Positions 11,813 to 26,377 of a stretch of 64,000 bases of DNA are shown here, piece by piece. The DNA comes from Negaprion brevirostris (lineage: Eukaryota). The translations under genes were made by a program, and so were the position numbers. The DNA is taken from NCBI GenBank assembly GCA_030324005.1, contig JARDVH010000163.1:34812842-34876841 (forward strand). The letters run 5' to 3'. The stretch's first letter is position 1, and the number at the start of each line of letters is the position of its first letter. The notes under the pieces were generated by a model that did not search any database, was not told the DNA's origin, and saw only the letters and a program-made list of their open reading frames with translations.

Positions 11813-13659
11813 GCAAGGTTATGAGGAAAGACTAGGGCTATGGGACTAGTTGGAAGGTAATAACAAGTAGTTGGTATAGGCATTATGAGCAGAGTGGCCC
11901 CCTTCTATGCTTCATCATCCAAAGATTCTATGATTCCACTATAAATTAAGCTACTCTATTGCTTGAAAGGAGTTGCTTTGTTTTGTGTTTTCAGTCAGCG
12001 ATCAATTATTGCCAATGGCCGGAGATCAGCCAAATCATCAATGCATGATGCCCTGACTGTTGGTTAATATTTTATGTCACAGTTGCCGTGTTCAATATAT
12101 GATGAGCTTCTTTCACTTTGTTCCTTTTGAACACAGTCTTCCACATTATTCTTTAATTGTTTCAGCAGCTGCGTGCTTCATAGAGCACCCTTTTATAACC
12201 AGGAGCAACCATCTGTTGAGTTAGTAAGATCTTAAAGTCAATGATTGATTTTGTGGGGGAACAGAGGAATCAACACAGGGACATTTATTATGCTAAGATC
12301 ACAATTCCGTTTGAGTTTGAGTTATTGTTGTTGCTCCCCGCACCCACACCCTCCTTTTTGCCAATGCTATATTTTAAACAAAATAATCCTGAAATCAGCA
12401 CTGTGATTATAAAGATACATCTCAGCAATTTTGATTTTCCCTCACTAGCATTAAGTTTTACATAAGTATACAAAAATTAAATTTCTTTCAAAAGTTCATA
12501 AGGTTAATTTGTTTTAGTTAATTAGAAAACAATATGAAGTTGATGAGTTCTTCTCCCGCGCTTCTTCATAATTATATCAATAACTGTATGTACACATAAA
12601 CTGAAGACAGAGGAAAATAATTAGCAAGACAGTAATAAACCATTCAGTAAAAAAATCAGTTCAAATATTATAACTTCCTGTTACACAATCGTCAAGTTTT
12701 GAAGGGATTTAGCATTGCTCATGGTTCATGTCAAGTGGCAATAGGGTACCTCAGCTTCTTCTCACTTCCTTCTCAATTTTTCTCTTTCTTTTTGTATTTA
12801 TTCATAAATCTTCCTATGACAGAAAATGCTGGCATCCCACCCTTTTCTTCCTTTCTCATGAAGTTAGGAAATGAAAGAATGAAAGTACTCAAACATCTGA
12901 GTGACCAGTTCCATTCGATGTTCCTTCAAACTTCTGCTTCACTGTTTGTGATTTACCATTACTCTCACTGCTGCTTATTCAAATTACAAATCCAGGGGAC
13001 CTTGAACTAATTGTGCGACGGCGGGACCAACACACAAACTGACAAAATTGACAACATAATTCGCCGACCTCCTGTTGCTGGAAATTCTAGGCTAATAACT
13101 CAGCCCTGTTTAGAAATTGCTCACAATCATGCCTTCTTGATTATGGCACTTGAGCAAACAACTCGAGAGAACTGATTGAAATTGAGAAAAATGGCAACAA
13201 AATATCCACTTTATTAAAAATGATGAAATGCGAACTAGAATGCCCAGGCCATTCTGAATCATCCCAATCGGCATTTTATTGCCCATTCTCTCACGTATCA
13301 TACTTGGCCCTTTAATTTAGCTCTTCCAGCAAGAAACTGACAATAGGTTTTGTACTATTACTTTTAGGAAGACAAAATCATAGCCTAAATGTCCCAAGTT
13401 GACCCCATTAGTCAGTTCTGGCGAAGAAGAAAATAAGTTGAGATTGCTTGTAGATTTGTGGTGCAGTGTATGAGCACAAGAGGTACATTTTCACCATCAG
13501 CATTCAGATAAAGCTTTGCATACCTGATCCACATATAAAAAGAATTGCCTATGCACTTATATATTTTAATTGCCAGAAAGTCATTGGTAGCATGTTCTTG
13601 ATATTCCAGTATGAACAACCCATGTACTGAGGAAGATGTCAAATTCAAAAACAAATGAC

Positions 13660-13800
13660 TAAGGACGCTGGGAGTCTGAAATGGAAACAGTAAATTCTGG
13701 AAGTAATCAAGTCAGGCAGCAACAGTGGAGAGAGAAACAAAGTTTTTGGGTGGACCTTTCCATACCTGGCCTAAATCCCCTGACCTGGAAACGTGGAATG
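13660..13800. mobile_element. Penelope-like terminal repeat fragment
   Basis: gctgggagtctgaaatggaaacagtaaattctggaa...caggcagcaacagtggagagagaaaca, homologous to 31255-31450 and 58590-58750. Confidence 0.6.
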
Positions 13801-13989
13801 CTTCCCACCATGGAGCCTGGTGGGAATTCACACCAAATTGCATGATGCTGGACTCATTAATTATACAGTTGGGAGGTTTCCTGACATACTGCACAGAGGG
13901 TTAGGCTGGGTGACACATGACCCACCATCAGATCCAGTGGTATACTTAAAAAGTGCCTGAACACCAATTCTTTGACCTAAACTTCAGGG

Positions 13990-14240
13990 AAGGAGGAGAT
14001 GGCCCAGCAATCCCACAGAGCTCCAGCTTCATGATTCAGCAATGCTTCCCTCAATGCGCTAAATACAGTGGAGGCCAGGAGGGGAGTCCGGTACCCCAAG
14101 GAAGGAAGGAAGAGACCAAACCTTGTGGCCAATTCTGCATGAGAGGATGTCAAAGGGATATTCAGTGATCACAACTCCATCAAACAATTGCCCCACAGTG
14201 CCGGAATAATCTCATCTATGCTGCCAGGCTGAGTAAATGT
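13990..14240 (+). mobile_element. Harbinger Myb/SANT-like ORF remnant
   Basis: Decayed FSNASLNALNTVEARRGVRYPKEGRKRPNL, similar to the peptide at 17809-18138; the element probably continues to about 15470, interrupted by a CR1. Confidence 0.6.
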
Positions 14241-14280
14241 ACAACGTTGTACGTTTACTCATTGTATGCACATGTACCCC

Positions 14281-14707
14281 GAGCAGAGAGATCTCGGGGT
14301 ACATGTGCATAGCTCCTTGAAAGTTGGCACCCAGGTTGATAAGGTTGTTAAGAAGGCGTACGGTGTGTTAGCTTTTATTGGTAGAGGGATTGAANNNNNN
14401 NNNNNNNNNNNNNNNNNNNNNNNNNNNNNNNNNNNNNNNNNNNNNNNNNNNNNNNNNNNNNNNNNNNNNNNNNNNNNNNNNNNNNNNNNNNNNNTTACTC
14501 AGAGGGTAGTAAGGTTGTGGAATGCCCTGCCTGCAGCAGTTGTGGACTTGCCAACTTTAAGGGCGTTCAAATGGTCTGTGGATAGGCGTATGGATAACAT
14601 TGGAATAGTTTAGGTTAGAGGGTCATTAGATTGATTCCACTGGTTGGCGCAACGTCGAGGGCCGCAGGATCTGTACTGCGCTATAATGTTCTACGTTCTA
14701 TGTTCTA
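14281..14707 (+). mobile_element. CR1 LINE 3' fragment (spans a gap)
   Basis: EQRDLGVHVHSSLKVGTQVDKVVKKAYGVLAFIGRGIE...TQRVVRLWNALP; tail ttctacgttctatgttcta. Confidence 0.92.
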
Positions 14708-16965
14708 CAACTGCTCACACTCACCTCACTGAATGGCACAGGGAATGTGGGCCTCAGTTCAAGGGCACCTTCCATTCAGCCTTGCATTAAAGGGTTACAC
14801 AGCATGATATGGTGATACATCTGAGTCCCACTGCATTCTATCAAGTCTGTAGGTGGAGAGGTCACTGAGAGTCCCTGATCCTTCCACACAGAATTCAAGT
14901 GCCCTTGGGAGTGGAGGTGGTGGTGGGGAAGGAGTTCAGGCAAACATAGCTAATGATCTGCCTCTGTGAGCAGTATCCTTCTATCCATATGGGCTCACTG
15001 CTCTGGAGGGTGCTGCCCTGGGACATTTGTGAACAACCTGCAGTGTATCAATCACATGGCACACAATCCAGTGATTACTTATAAGAGTGGAAGAATAAGC
15101 TAGATAGCTGAAACCCAGTACATTCAGCGCTACCTCTTTGCTCAGGAAAAGTTACAGCACAGCAGGAGAGAGAGAGAGAGATGAGAAGGGAGCCAGCTGA
15201 ACTGAGGAACTTTACAGAGTTTGGGGAGTGGGCAGCCCAGCTGCCAGGGGAGGAATTGGGCTGAGCCTCTGCAGGTGGAGATCACAGTCACCCTCCATCT
15301 TAGGCAGGTTAACGTTCATCTGCAAATCCCTCCCCCAGCATGATGGGCAGGAGTACATGCTGGTGGTAACCCACATCTTCTGTTCCCACCCTATTGTCCC
15401 CCTGCCCACCATTAAACCTGCTGCTGTTGGGACTGGAATGTCCTGGCCAGTATTTCACGCTTTTTAGCATAGTTAACGTTTTTTTGAACATTTCGAGAAC
15501 TTTCTGTTTTTATGTGAGGAAGGATTCAGGAAACTTGTCAAAGTAAGCATGCTAATAATTTTCCTCACTTTGCATCGCTGTTTGCAATATTTGCTAAAAA
15601 CACGTCTTTGTGTAGTATCACTGGGAAGCGACATATAACACCGTTCAGATAATTTCCAAATGCACTTGCAGGTCCACGTACTGATGCTGTGTCAATATTG
15701 CAAGTTACAAGCATTCAGTAGTCTACAGTACAAGGCAGGTACTTGATCATCTTCTTGAACCACTGCAGCTTTTATACAACATTACTCCTTAACAATAATG
15801 AAGGAATAATCACAATTGTGTGTGTCTTCCAAGGGAACTTGGAGATTTTTGTAATGCCATTGCGGCTCTTATCGTCAATGGTGAAATTAGCAAGTGATAG
15901 TTGATCATAGAGTCTGAGCAGCAGTTTATGCAGACTGGAGGCTTGTGTGTCTGTCTGCTTATGATGAAAAAGCACTCCAGATTCTGGTCAAGGGGGTAAC
16001 ACAGGAAGTGGGGGATTGCAAAATCAAAGGCCTCAACTAAACTATTATAACCATTTGCTATGGAATGTTGCCTCATCCAACTGTCGGTTGTTCATGGAAG
16101 TGTCACAAACATGTTGAGTAATAAGTGTGTAAATAAACCACTCATTTTTAACTTCCCATCCATCCAGCCCCCTATGGTTTTAACCACTGAGATTAAAACC
16201 AACTCAAAAACTAATGTTTGCTGTATACAGTTGGAAAAAGCCACTCATCAGTGAAATAAGATTGAGCAGTTTGAGGCACCATTCCAGAATCTTATACTAT
16301 GAAATAATTCTGTTCGTCCTGAATATCTAATCAGATCGCCTATATTTCAATTCCCAGAAATTTGAGAATTGCACTTTTGATGAATTGATATTAACTACTG
16401 TGGAGTGAACTGTTTGTGTGTAATATTGTATTTGTTTATTAGTAAGAGTTGTTCTTCTGAAAACTATTTAATGCATTATTCAAAATTTTACTAGGATGCT
16501 GCTGGCCTACAGAAATTTCCCCAGGCCAGACATACTCTGCAAAATGTATTACCTCATAACATTTGAGAGAGTGGAGTTTAATGAAAAACATGATGTTCAA
16601 AACCTGAAGACCATTTATTGCATTGAATCTGTATTCTCATTTCCTCAGCTAAAAGCTGGAAAGTTTAATTTTGCCTGAATATTTGATGATTATTTGACTG
16701 GCGTTTAAAAAGTATGGTCTTATCAATGCAGAAAAAGTACTTTTTGTTGAAGATTCTCAGATGAAATAATTAACATTCTGATAAAGGATTGAAAATCAGT
16801 TCTTTACACTGGATCTTAACTAACCATGACTCAAGTGTTTCTCCACACTATAGAAAATAGTCTCTACCATATCTGTGTTACAATAAACCCACATCGAGAC
16901 CAATAACCTTTAAAAATAGATATGAATTTCCCAATGACCAATGGAAAGAATTTCATGAATCTCAT

Positions 16966-17122
16966 GGGCGGCACAATGGCACAATGGTTAAATTGCTGCC
17001 TCACAGCAACAGGGACCAGGGTTCGATACCAGCCTTGGGTAATTGTCTCTGTGGAGCTTGCATGTTCTGTTTGATGGATTGGCCTTGATAAATTACCCCT
17101 TAGTGTCTCAAAATGTATAGAT
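16966..17122 (+). mobile_element. V-SINE, internally deleted
   Basis: gggcggcacaatggcacaatggttaa...gggttcgatacc...taaattaccccttagtgtc. Confidence 0.85.
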
Positions 17123-17124
17123 TT

Positions 17125-18260
17125 CTTCCTCCTCCCCAATGTCCTTGATCCTCTATTGGCTGGTATGACTGCTGGACAGGGTACATCCCTTTGCCTTGTC
17201 CCTTTTCTCCAGGCAACTGTAACTGTGAAAGTGACTGCATTAGCTGATTCCAACATGGACAGAGGTGTGACCCCTAGGCTTCTATGCAAGGATCCTTACT
17301 GAAGAGAGACCACCTGCTCTCCTTCTCCACAACCTTGGTCGGGTTCCTCCCCAGCTGGACTATGTTCTCTTCAAAGTTTGTCAGGATCTTGAAGTTAGGC
17401 CAGCCTTCACCTGTCTTCTCCCTCTCCTATAGTGCTCTTTTCTGCAGAGAGAAGAAGGGTTTAATAGTTGTTGGGTATCATGTATCTTTCCCTCATGTTA
17501 CAAATAACGCACTGGATTGTGTGCCATATGATCACTGTACTGCAGGTTGTCCACAGAACATTCTAGAGTGGTGAAAACATGTAGATATAAGGATAAGGCT
17601 TACAGAGGCATGCTGTTAGTGATGCTAGCTGGTGCTGTCAATCCCTGAGCCCTTTCTCCACCTCCTCCCTGACCTCCGGACAGCAAGTGAACTCTCTGTG
17701 TGGAAGGACCAGGGACCCACAATGGCCTCTCCACCTGCAGATTAGCTGGATTGTAGTGGGACTGAGGCATTATCACATTGCCAATGAGGCTCATATCCTC
17801 TCTACCATTCAGTGAAGTAAGTGTGTGCAGTTGAAGTTAAACTTATTCTGGCAGAGCGAATAAGGTAATTCATGTGTGAGCTGCAGTGCAGGACAGCTCC
17901 CTGGTGGAAGTCCTTTGAGACTTCCTCCATGCTGCGTTGGTCTATTGGTGCAATCTTTTCTTTCCATCCTCTGGGTAAAAGAGGCCTCCACTTTATTCAG
18001 CAGGACTTCCAGGGAGGCAACATTGAATCTGGGACCTGGACCTCTCTGTGACTGATGGGCTATCTCCTCTGTAAACGATGGGCAGGTTAATGTCTGGCCA
18101 TCTTTTAAATATGGCAGGACATGTGCCATACAGACCACCGCAATGCGAAAAGAATCAGGAAAGCTCCGACTGCAGAATTAATTAGGCCAATGTTGCACGA
18201 TGCGGTGGGAATACCCACAGCTTCCATAGAAGGAGTGAACCCCCATTCCCACACTCACAC
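17125..18260 (-). mobile_element. Harbinger Myb/SANT-like ORF remnant
   Basis: Minus-strand peptide GPRFNVASLEVLLNKVEAS resembles the start of the Harbinger ORF2 DNA-binding domain. Confidence 0.6.
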
Positions 18261-19130
18261 ATACAAGCATACAAAAATTTGCAAGTTGTAGTGCATGTAG
18301 TGACTTCTTAACCAAATTAAAGTTCAATGTTGAAAGATAAAATACTGTTTATGGATACTTGGCTGCTCACTGTGGCAAAATGTATTCTAAGATCCTTTAG
18401 ATTCCAGGAGTTGCCTTGAAGCCCATGTAACTGCCAGAGACTATTTATTTTTAATCTGCAATTCTTCCAGGTAGAAATGAGTTTTTCACCTGATGTTCCC
18501 TTTTATAGAAAATCCACTATCTTTATGCTGGATTTGTAAACTGTAAGAGATAGGAGCTTAACTTGGGAGAGGAGAGAAGGGAGTTCCTTTCATGCATTGG
18601 TATCTTTTCCAGACTGTGGACCACTGTTTGCAGCTCTCTCCATATAGATTTCAGAATGTGTTTGTTTATCTGATGCCTGAATTGATTGTGCTTTTGTTTC
18701 ATGGCCAGGGGTTGAGTAGATTCTGTAATGTCCCCATTAACCATTAACCCCCTGAATGAGTCATNNNNNNNNNNNNNNNNNNNNNNNNNNNNNNNNNNNN
18801 NNNNNNNNNNNNNNNNNNNNNNNNNNNNNNNNNNNNNNNNNNNNNNNNNNNNNNNNNNNNNNNNNNNNNNNNNNNNNNNNNNNNNNNNNNNNNNNNNNNN
18901 NNNNNNNNNNNNNNNNNNNNNNNNNNNNNNNNNNNNNNNNNNNNNNNNNNNNNNNNNNNNNNNNNNNNNNNNNNNNNNNNNNNNNNNNNNNNNNNNNNNN
19001 NNNNNNNNNNNNNNNNNNNNNNNNNNNNNNNNNNNNNNNNNNNNNNNNNNNNNNNNNNNNNNNNNNNNNNNNNNNNNNNNNNNNNNNNNNNNNNNNNNNN
19101 NNNNNNNNNNNNNNNNNNNNNNNNNNNNNN

Positions 19131-19870
19131 GGGGAACAGGCGACCTCACCCTGTCGGTGGGGACAGAGCTCCTCCATGAGTTCAGAGGCAAGGGGGGGTG
19201 CCCCTTGGGCAGTGCAAGCCTGACACTGCCCAAGGAGCACACTGGCACTGTCCACTGGGCATCTTGGCACTGCCCACCTGGCATCCTGGGGAAACTTATT
19301 GGGGAGGGGAGGGGTTTACCTGCTACCACTATGCAGATTGGATCGGTGGGAGAGGAAGGATGATTGGGGCTGGCCATGGGGAGGGGGGGGGTTGTCAGGG
19401 CCAGCCATGTGGGTCAGGCCAGCCATGGGGGTTGGGTCTGGCACTGGACAGTGTGTGGCAGATTAGGGCTGGCCTAAGGGAGGGGGAGATTGGGGCTGGC
19501 CAGGAAGGTCCAGTAGGCCAGCAATTGGGGTGGGGGCTGGGAAGCCCAGAGATTAGGGGGCTTCCGGGGAGGGCCAGCGATCAGGTGGGTTCCGGGGAAG
19601 GCCAGTGATTGGGGGGAGGGGAGGGGGGGAACAGTGCACATGCACTGATCACTGCACTGACAGATTGGCGCACGTGCAGTGGCCCACTCAGCACTATTCT
19701 GCCAGCCTTTCTGGCAGGAATAGACCCCACACCCAACATGAATCCCTCTAAGGCATTCTGTGATGCACATATGTTGGAGATTCGTTCAGTTAAGTACGCC
19801 TAAAAATCAGGTAGGGGATTCTCCAGTTTTCCCACCCATTGGGTAATTAGTTTTGGGAGAATTCTGGCCC
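19131..19870. mobile_element. GC-rich non-autonomous Harbinger-like element (left end in gap)
   Basis: G-rich interior with ggcact/tgccc motifs; right terminus tgggagaattctggccc similar to the 58463-58478 TIR. Confidence 0.6.
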
Positions 19871-20627
19871 TGGATTGTGGGAGCCATCTTTACTCAGTGT
19901 TTTTTCTTGTCTTCAAAAAGTCCTTTGTAAAGAGCTCAGTATGTGTTTGGTCAGCCTATGAAATTACACATTAATATCACTCATGCAATGGTCACATTAT
20001 TGTGATAGTGTGTGTTTATATTGGAAATTTCGATTGGTAATTTTATTTCAAAGAGAACGGATTGATATTATTATTATTATTAGCCCTGCCTTATGATTCG
20101 ATATATCTGCAGACCTTAAGCTGTAAAGCTGATAAAACTGCTTCTCCTACAGTGTTCTCAAACTGAAACAGCATCAGTGTCATTGAAGTGGGTTACAATT
20201 GCTGTAAGGAAAATTGTAAATCAAAGTTCACAATCTAAGAATAAGAACCAATAGCCAAAGACTCAATATGTATTTAAGCTTATAATTTTACCTTCAAATG
20301 AGAAACTGAAGCATGCTGGAACATTACTGAATGGTGTTGTATGGGTTGTCCATATCAATCACTCTCAGTCATGCCTTTGTGAGTAGTGCAAGTACAGCCA
20401 CTTAGGTCAGGAGGCAGAATTAGATGGATCTTGTCTAGACTGATACCTAGCAGCCAGTTTGATGGATTTTGCTAAACTAGTGTGAAGAAGACTAAGAAGA
20501 CATTCATTGTTTGCTGTTCAAGGCAAACTTACAAACGTGTGCATAAATAATGCATGTACATTTTTTCAATAAGTAACAAACACTGACTCAATGGGCTGAG
20601 TGACCTCCTTCATGCAGCAATGACTAT

Positions 20628-21352
20628 GGGCGGAATTTAATGTGGATAGCAGGGTGCTTATCATCCAAAGAAAAATCTGGTGGCACCACTGTCAACCTAA
20701 TCTTCAGGAGTCCCAATGGAATAAATTTCCTTATTGGCAGAGCGGGAATTTGCCGGCGGGACTCCCGGCTTTATTCAAGTCACTAAATTGCAGCACTCCC
20801 TCCTGTGGGTCATATATTCCATCCCAAACAATTGCTGGCCAGCAGTACTGGCAGCACCACTGGGAGCTATGGGAGCTGTCAATATTGGACTGGGGACTAC
20901 TCAGGGGATCAGTAATTCAGCCTCCAGAGACAGGTACCTGAGAGAGGATAGGGGGAGTGGGGCACCAACTAGGGTGGGGATGAGAATTGACAGCAAGTGC
21001 AGAGCAATGCTGCATCCTCTGATCAGACACAGGCTTTGAACAAGCAACAGGCCTCTTGGAAAGTGGCAGGCAAACCAAATGGAATTTGCTAGGCTGCCTC
21101 TCTGGATGGCAAGTCCTCCCATTCATCATTGGTTGAATACCAGCAGTAGTGGGATCAGGCCTTTACCTATAAGGCCCTCAATTAGCCTCTGGGTAGGAAA
21201 GCTTCCTGAAAGCCTGCCCGATCCAGACTTAATTGGGGAAGGCAGTACGATCTCTAACCCACATCCTCCAGCCCTGTAGCACAGCAGCAATCTACCCTAC
21301 ACCCACCCACCACTCCTAAATTCACTTCCAGGTGACCATTAAAATCTACCTC
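20628..21352. mobile_element. Non-autonomous Harbinger-like element
   Basis: Imperfect inverted termini gggcggaatttaat ... attaaaatctacct. Confidence 0.5.
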
Positions 21353-22574
21353 ATGACTCTATGAACACAGTCACTTTCTCCAAGAAAACAGAAAATAGAG
21401 TAAACCAAGTTTCTAATCTTACTGTAGCTGTAATTTGAATTTGAAAGCTTGTTTCATCAATTCAAAGTTAATGCAGCAGAATCTATTGATTTGTGGTTAT
21501 ATAAACCAACGCTCCTATTTATTTTTCATTGCAAAGTAATTTTTAAAAAGGCAACTAAAGTGTTCTCTGAATTATTAGGTATTTCATATCTTTTTTCATA
21601 TACTAGTTTGCAATGACTCATTGCCCAATCAAATGTGTAGATGGGTAACCTTGCATCCATCATTTTTTACATCCTGATGCCCATGAGCAGAATAAGATCA
21701 GAAATATTGTGCTGCTGGAAATTTTCTCACAGCACAGCGGACAAACTCCCTTAGTTTGTCATCACTCCAGTCTCCTAGTGGAATTTTTCTTTGGGCTGCT
21801 GTTTATTTATTTCAAGCTTCTATTTAGAGCTTCTTTATCTGCTCTTTCCAATTGCGTTGATTACCCAGGTCCCCTTCCTCCCTAGTTTAAATGATGCTTC
21901 ACTTGTCTATTTATCTGTTTTGCCAGCTCAGTAGTGTCTAATTGCCCAGATGAAATTCATTATGATTGATACCAATTCCCCATAGTATGAAACTGGTCCT
22001 TTTGGCATCATCTTTTTTAGCCTGTCACTGAGCTCCCTAATCTTCTTATCCAATTTAATCCTACCATTTGACTGGGAATAATCCAGAGGTCCCCAATCTT
22101 GGCGTCCTGATTTCACAACTCCTTTTGTTAGGATTTTAGTCTTACTTTGCTTCTATTATTGACATGNNNNNNNNNNNNNNNNNNNNNNNNNNNNNNNNNN
22201 NNNNNNNNNNNNNNNNNNNNNNNNNNNNNNNNNNNNNNNNNNNNNNNNNNNNNNNNNNNNNNNNNNCTGCAATGACTATCCCTCACCTTCCATCATCATT
22301 TCCAGTCTTTCCAAATTATCTTTTACATTGGCGTCTGGAAGGTAAGAAAACATTGGAATTCTCAATCTGGGCTGCAAAAGGTAGAGTTAACCTTTCCAGT
22401 ACTCTAATTTCTTATTGTTACTACACTTCTAACTGAATTGCTCATCTCCTTCCACCCAATCCATTCGATGATCCTGCAGACATTCCTCTCCTTTCACACA
22501 TGAAGCTGGGAGTTCCTCTTATTTTCTGCACCTCTCCACTTTAACAGTATGGAGATAAGAGTGTATCTGAATGT

Positions 22575-23172
22575 ATCACAGCTTGGTACATGGCAGAGGC
22601 TCCTCCTCTGACCAAGGCACAAGAAACTACAAAGGACTGTGAACATAGCCCAGCCCATCACACAAAACATCCTCCATGCATTGATTCCATCTACACTCCT
22701 TGCTGCTTCAGAAAAGCAGCCAGCATAATCAAGGACTCCATACTTTCTTCCACCTTCTTCTGTTGGAAAAAAGATACTAAAGTCTGAGATCACATAGCAA
22801 CTGACTGAAAAGGTGGGATTTTCTGGCCGTACTTGCCCCAAAACTGGAAAATCCCACTCAAGGATTTTGTGGTCCACCCCCCAACCACCCGCTCAATTCC
22901 CGAGGTGGGCTGGATGAGAAAATTCCCCCAAGAACAGCTTCTCCCCTGCTGCCATTAGACTTTTGAATGCACCTGCTTCGTATGAAGTTGATTTTTCTTG
23001 TCACACTAGGGTGCAAACCATTGTGACACTACATTCTGCACCCTCTCCTTTCCTTCTCCCCTATGGACTCTATGAATGGTGAATGGTATGCTTTGTCTGG
23101 ATAGCGCGCAAGAAATAATACTTCCTGCTGTCTACCAAAACATTTGACAATAATAAATCAAATCAAATCAAA
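22575..23172 (+). mobile_element. Rex1/Babar LINE 3' end, interrupted by a MITE (about 22812-22930)
   Basis: Decayed ITAWY...KKLQRTVNIAQPIT...IDSIYTPCCFRKAASIIKD; tail tgacaataataaatcaaatcaaatcaa. Confidence 0.8.
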
Positions 23173-24205
23173 AAGAGACCAAGGGGCTATTGAGTTGACT
23201 GTGGTGGATATGATGATGCAGCTGATACGTCAAATAAGATGATGTTGGGAGTTTTGAAAAGTCTTGAAAAGAGAGCAACATGATGCTTTCCCAACTTATG
23301 ATGGTGATTGTAGAATTGCTTGAAGCATGACAGACTTAATAGTAGAGTTCTCAGAATTGACCTAATTCTCAAGGTCCCAAGATCCTAAAAATGAGAATGA
23401 GCCTGTGTGAGTCCACAGAAAAGAAAAAACCCCGTGGAAAGCAATTAAAGGTATCTTAGGTTAAGTTTGAAATTTTGATCAGTGAGAGGTCATTTACTGC
23501 AATAGCAGACAGAAGAAAGGGGAAAGAAGTTTTGGGTAGGATCTTGGCAGGAAACAGAATACACATTGTTGCATACACAGCAGGAATATGAAGAATTTGG
23601 AGATCAGAAAGGGTAAACCATAAATGTAATACTTAAAATAATGAAAACACATTCATACATCACAGCTATCAAATCAACTATAGCAACTTTCATTACAGAA
23701 CAGGAAGCAATTAATGAAGATTTAAATAGCTCTACAGAGATTTGTTGGATTCAGAATATAACCTCACTAGAGAGATTATTTAATAGCAGCCTTGACAAAC
23801 AGCACTTCCAAATAAAGTGTAGTCTGGTTGATACCTACTGTACTTGCAAGCTAGTAATTGCATTCATCATCTAATTTTATTGCTTAAGTCTTGCATCCTC
23901 CTTTTGAACAATATTAACTGCATTGTTGTGCTCCCTGTGCCATTTTTAAAACTTATTTTTATTTTTTCTTATGACATTGGTTGTGCTTGTTTGATGTGGT
24001 GAGTATAGTCACGCATGTATTTACATTAAAATATATTTACATCCATCAACATGTCGAACACAATTGTTCCCAGTGGAGCAGTTTGTGCCATTTAGGGCAT
24101 ATCACCAGAGTTACTGATCTATAATGGCTGAACAAGTCAAATTCTGATATTACTTATTACATAGGGCTTTTTACCGGTATTTTGAGGTTCAAAGGCATAC
24201 TCATT

Positions 24206-24331
24206 GGCCAACATTTTTCAGCCTTGCCTGTTGCCATGATCTTTCAGTCTCACTGAAAGTCAACGGACTTTTTTGGGCCACCAATTTCCCATGTCACGTC
24301 CCACCACGGCAGGGCTGGAAAATTCTGGCCA
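24206..24331. mobile_element. Short MITE (Harbinger-like termini)
   Basis: ggccaacatttttcagcc ... ggctggaaaattctggcc inverted termini. Confidence 0.7.
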
Positions 24332-26377
24332 TTATGCTATTAAACTTGTTAATGAGTGGCCTAATTTTGGTATAAAATTATATGTGTAATATAGACAGTT
24401 AGATCACAGATGATTCATGATTTTACTGAATGGTGCAATAAGCTCCAGAAAATGGAAAGGCCTCTTGCAACATTCTGAGTAAGTGTTCCTTTCCTAGGTG
24501 TTTCATATTGATCTCATATCAGATTTAAATTTGAAGATACAATGCAAGAGGATGTACATGGTACATCAATTAGAAATAGGCATTCAAGAATCAAGAATTT
24601 GCTACCTTTTCAGCAATTTCTTACATTATTCCAATGGAAATGTACAAAGGACCTGGACTTGAATTGGGGGTTAAATACATCAGGGCGTAGGTAAGTTTGG
24701 AGCTTCTCCTTGCCCTTTGCAAGACCAACCGTATGGAAAGAAGAGGGGCTGGTGCTGGAAGTTCCAAATACCAGGAGGTCCTCTGAATTTCAGAAGGACC
24801 CAGTCTATGATCACCATCAATTAACTTGATGAGCATGCAGGGGTATGTCTAGGGTGCAAACCATTGAAATGCAGCCAGGTAGTGAGGACAATTTTGGCAA
24901 AGTCCTCCCAGCAACAACTAAAAACTGCTTCCAATCCCACTTTTTGTCAGGGGACTGCATTTAAGTTTTTTTTTAATTGCTCTTCAGGGTTTCAACCCAC
25001 AGTTCTGGGCTGGGCCCCCAGATGGCGCTCACATCCACCATTTGGCAAGTGTGTATACCTGGTCATATCAGACGTAAAATGAGTTTTGCTTGCACAGAGC
25101 TTTTAAAAATTTTATTTCTAGCATTCCTTCAAATTATTTAAAGTAACAAATAGATATTGTTAGAGATTGAAAAGACGGAAGCACTTGGAAGGAAGTTTCT
25201 GGATGAGCAGAAATGTCAATGGGAAGTAGTTGAGTTTTTTGCTATGTGCAACAACCGTGCTTTCAGGATAATTCAAGGTATCCAGGTGTGATAACCCCCA
25301 TGATTTGCATGGGGAATTACTAATTGACCTCCCAGTTGGGCTTGTTGAATTCAAACTCCCTGGTGATTGGTAATTAGCCAACCAATTAGAGCTTATATAC
25401 CAAGCCCTGTATAAAGCAAGACTCTGAGTGGGTCCATTTACCTTTTTGTCCCAGTTGGGATCTGTTGTGCTCACCACAGACTTGTGATTATTGTTTATTT
25501 TCATTTTGTGCAATACAAGCACAGTTCCTTCACAGCCAATTCCTGGAATTATTACACCAGGCAATTTCACCCACAGGTGCTCATTGGATAAATAGAACTG
25601 TAACCAGCTAAGGATGTACAAGTTCCATTGAGTGTGTTAGGTAAGGCCCCAGGATTACTCAAGACCAGGATATATGGTTTTGAAGATGGGTTATTGTTTA
25701 AAATTCTGCCAACACATCGGGATGGATGTTAATCAAACACACTTACACATAATGTTGTCCATCTCGATTATAATGATAACCTTGATGGTAGTAATGAATC
25801 CTTATGATTTAGAAGACAGCATTCATTGCCCTCCATGTGCAAACCAAACTCTCACCCAGTCCCACTTTTATTAATGGAACAGTATGCCTGAGGTATTGGG
25901 CACAATGTCAGTCGGGCTTAATAAAAACAGTATATGCATCCTGAGAAATATCTTCAACTCATAAAGTCACAGGTCTGAGCAAAAATGTTGGTCAGGGTTG
26001 TAATCTGCTGCAATTCACTGTAATCCCTTCCCCAATTTTCTGCTGTATGAGGACAATAAATTACAATGTTGTATTAGGCTTGACATATGAAAACCAGTTA
26101 GGATTGAGAATATTGTCTTTTGTGCCTTGGTGATATACAGAGATGACTCTCACCAGGTTCCATGTGTGAACAGGACCATTATCACAAATGCTATTAAAAT
26201 GTCTTCGGCCACAAGTGTAGTGAATACTTTCGGTTTCACTGTAACTTCATTCACAGGCTTGACTATCAGCATAGTGAGAAATAGACATTTACAATCAAGC
26301 CATGAACTATCGAACACAACATCTTTTCCCCTTTGTAAAACTAAAAAGCCATTACAAACAAAAAACATGTCACTGTT

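Noticed and set aside
25160-26340. Unique-looking region with a 153-aa ORF, considered as a decayed retroviral env or pseudogene
   Set aside because: No furin site, CX6CC or other diagnostic motif found in the frames I read; a translated search would be needed.
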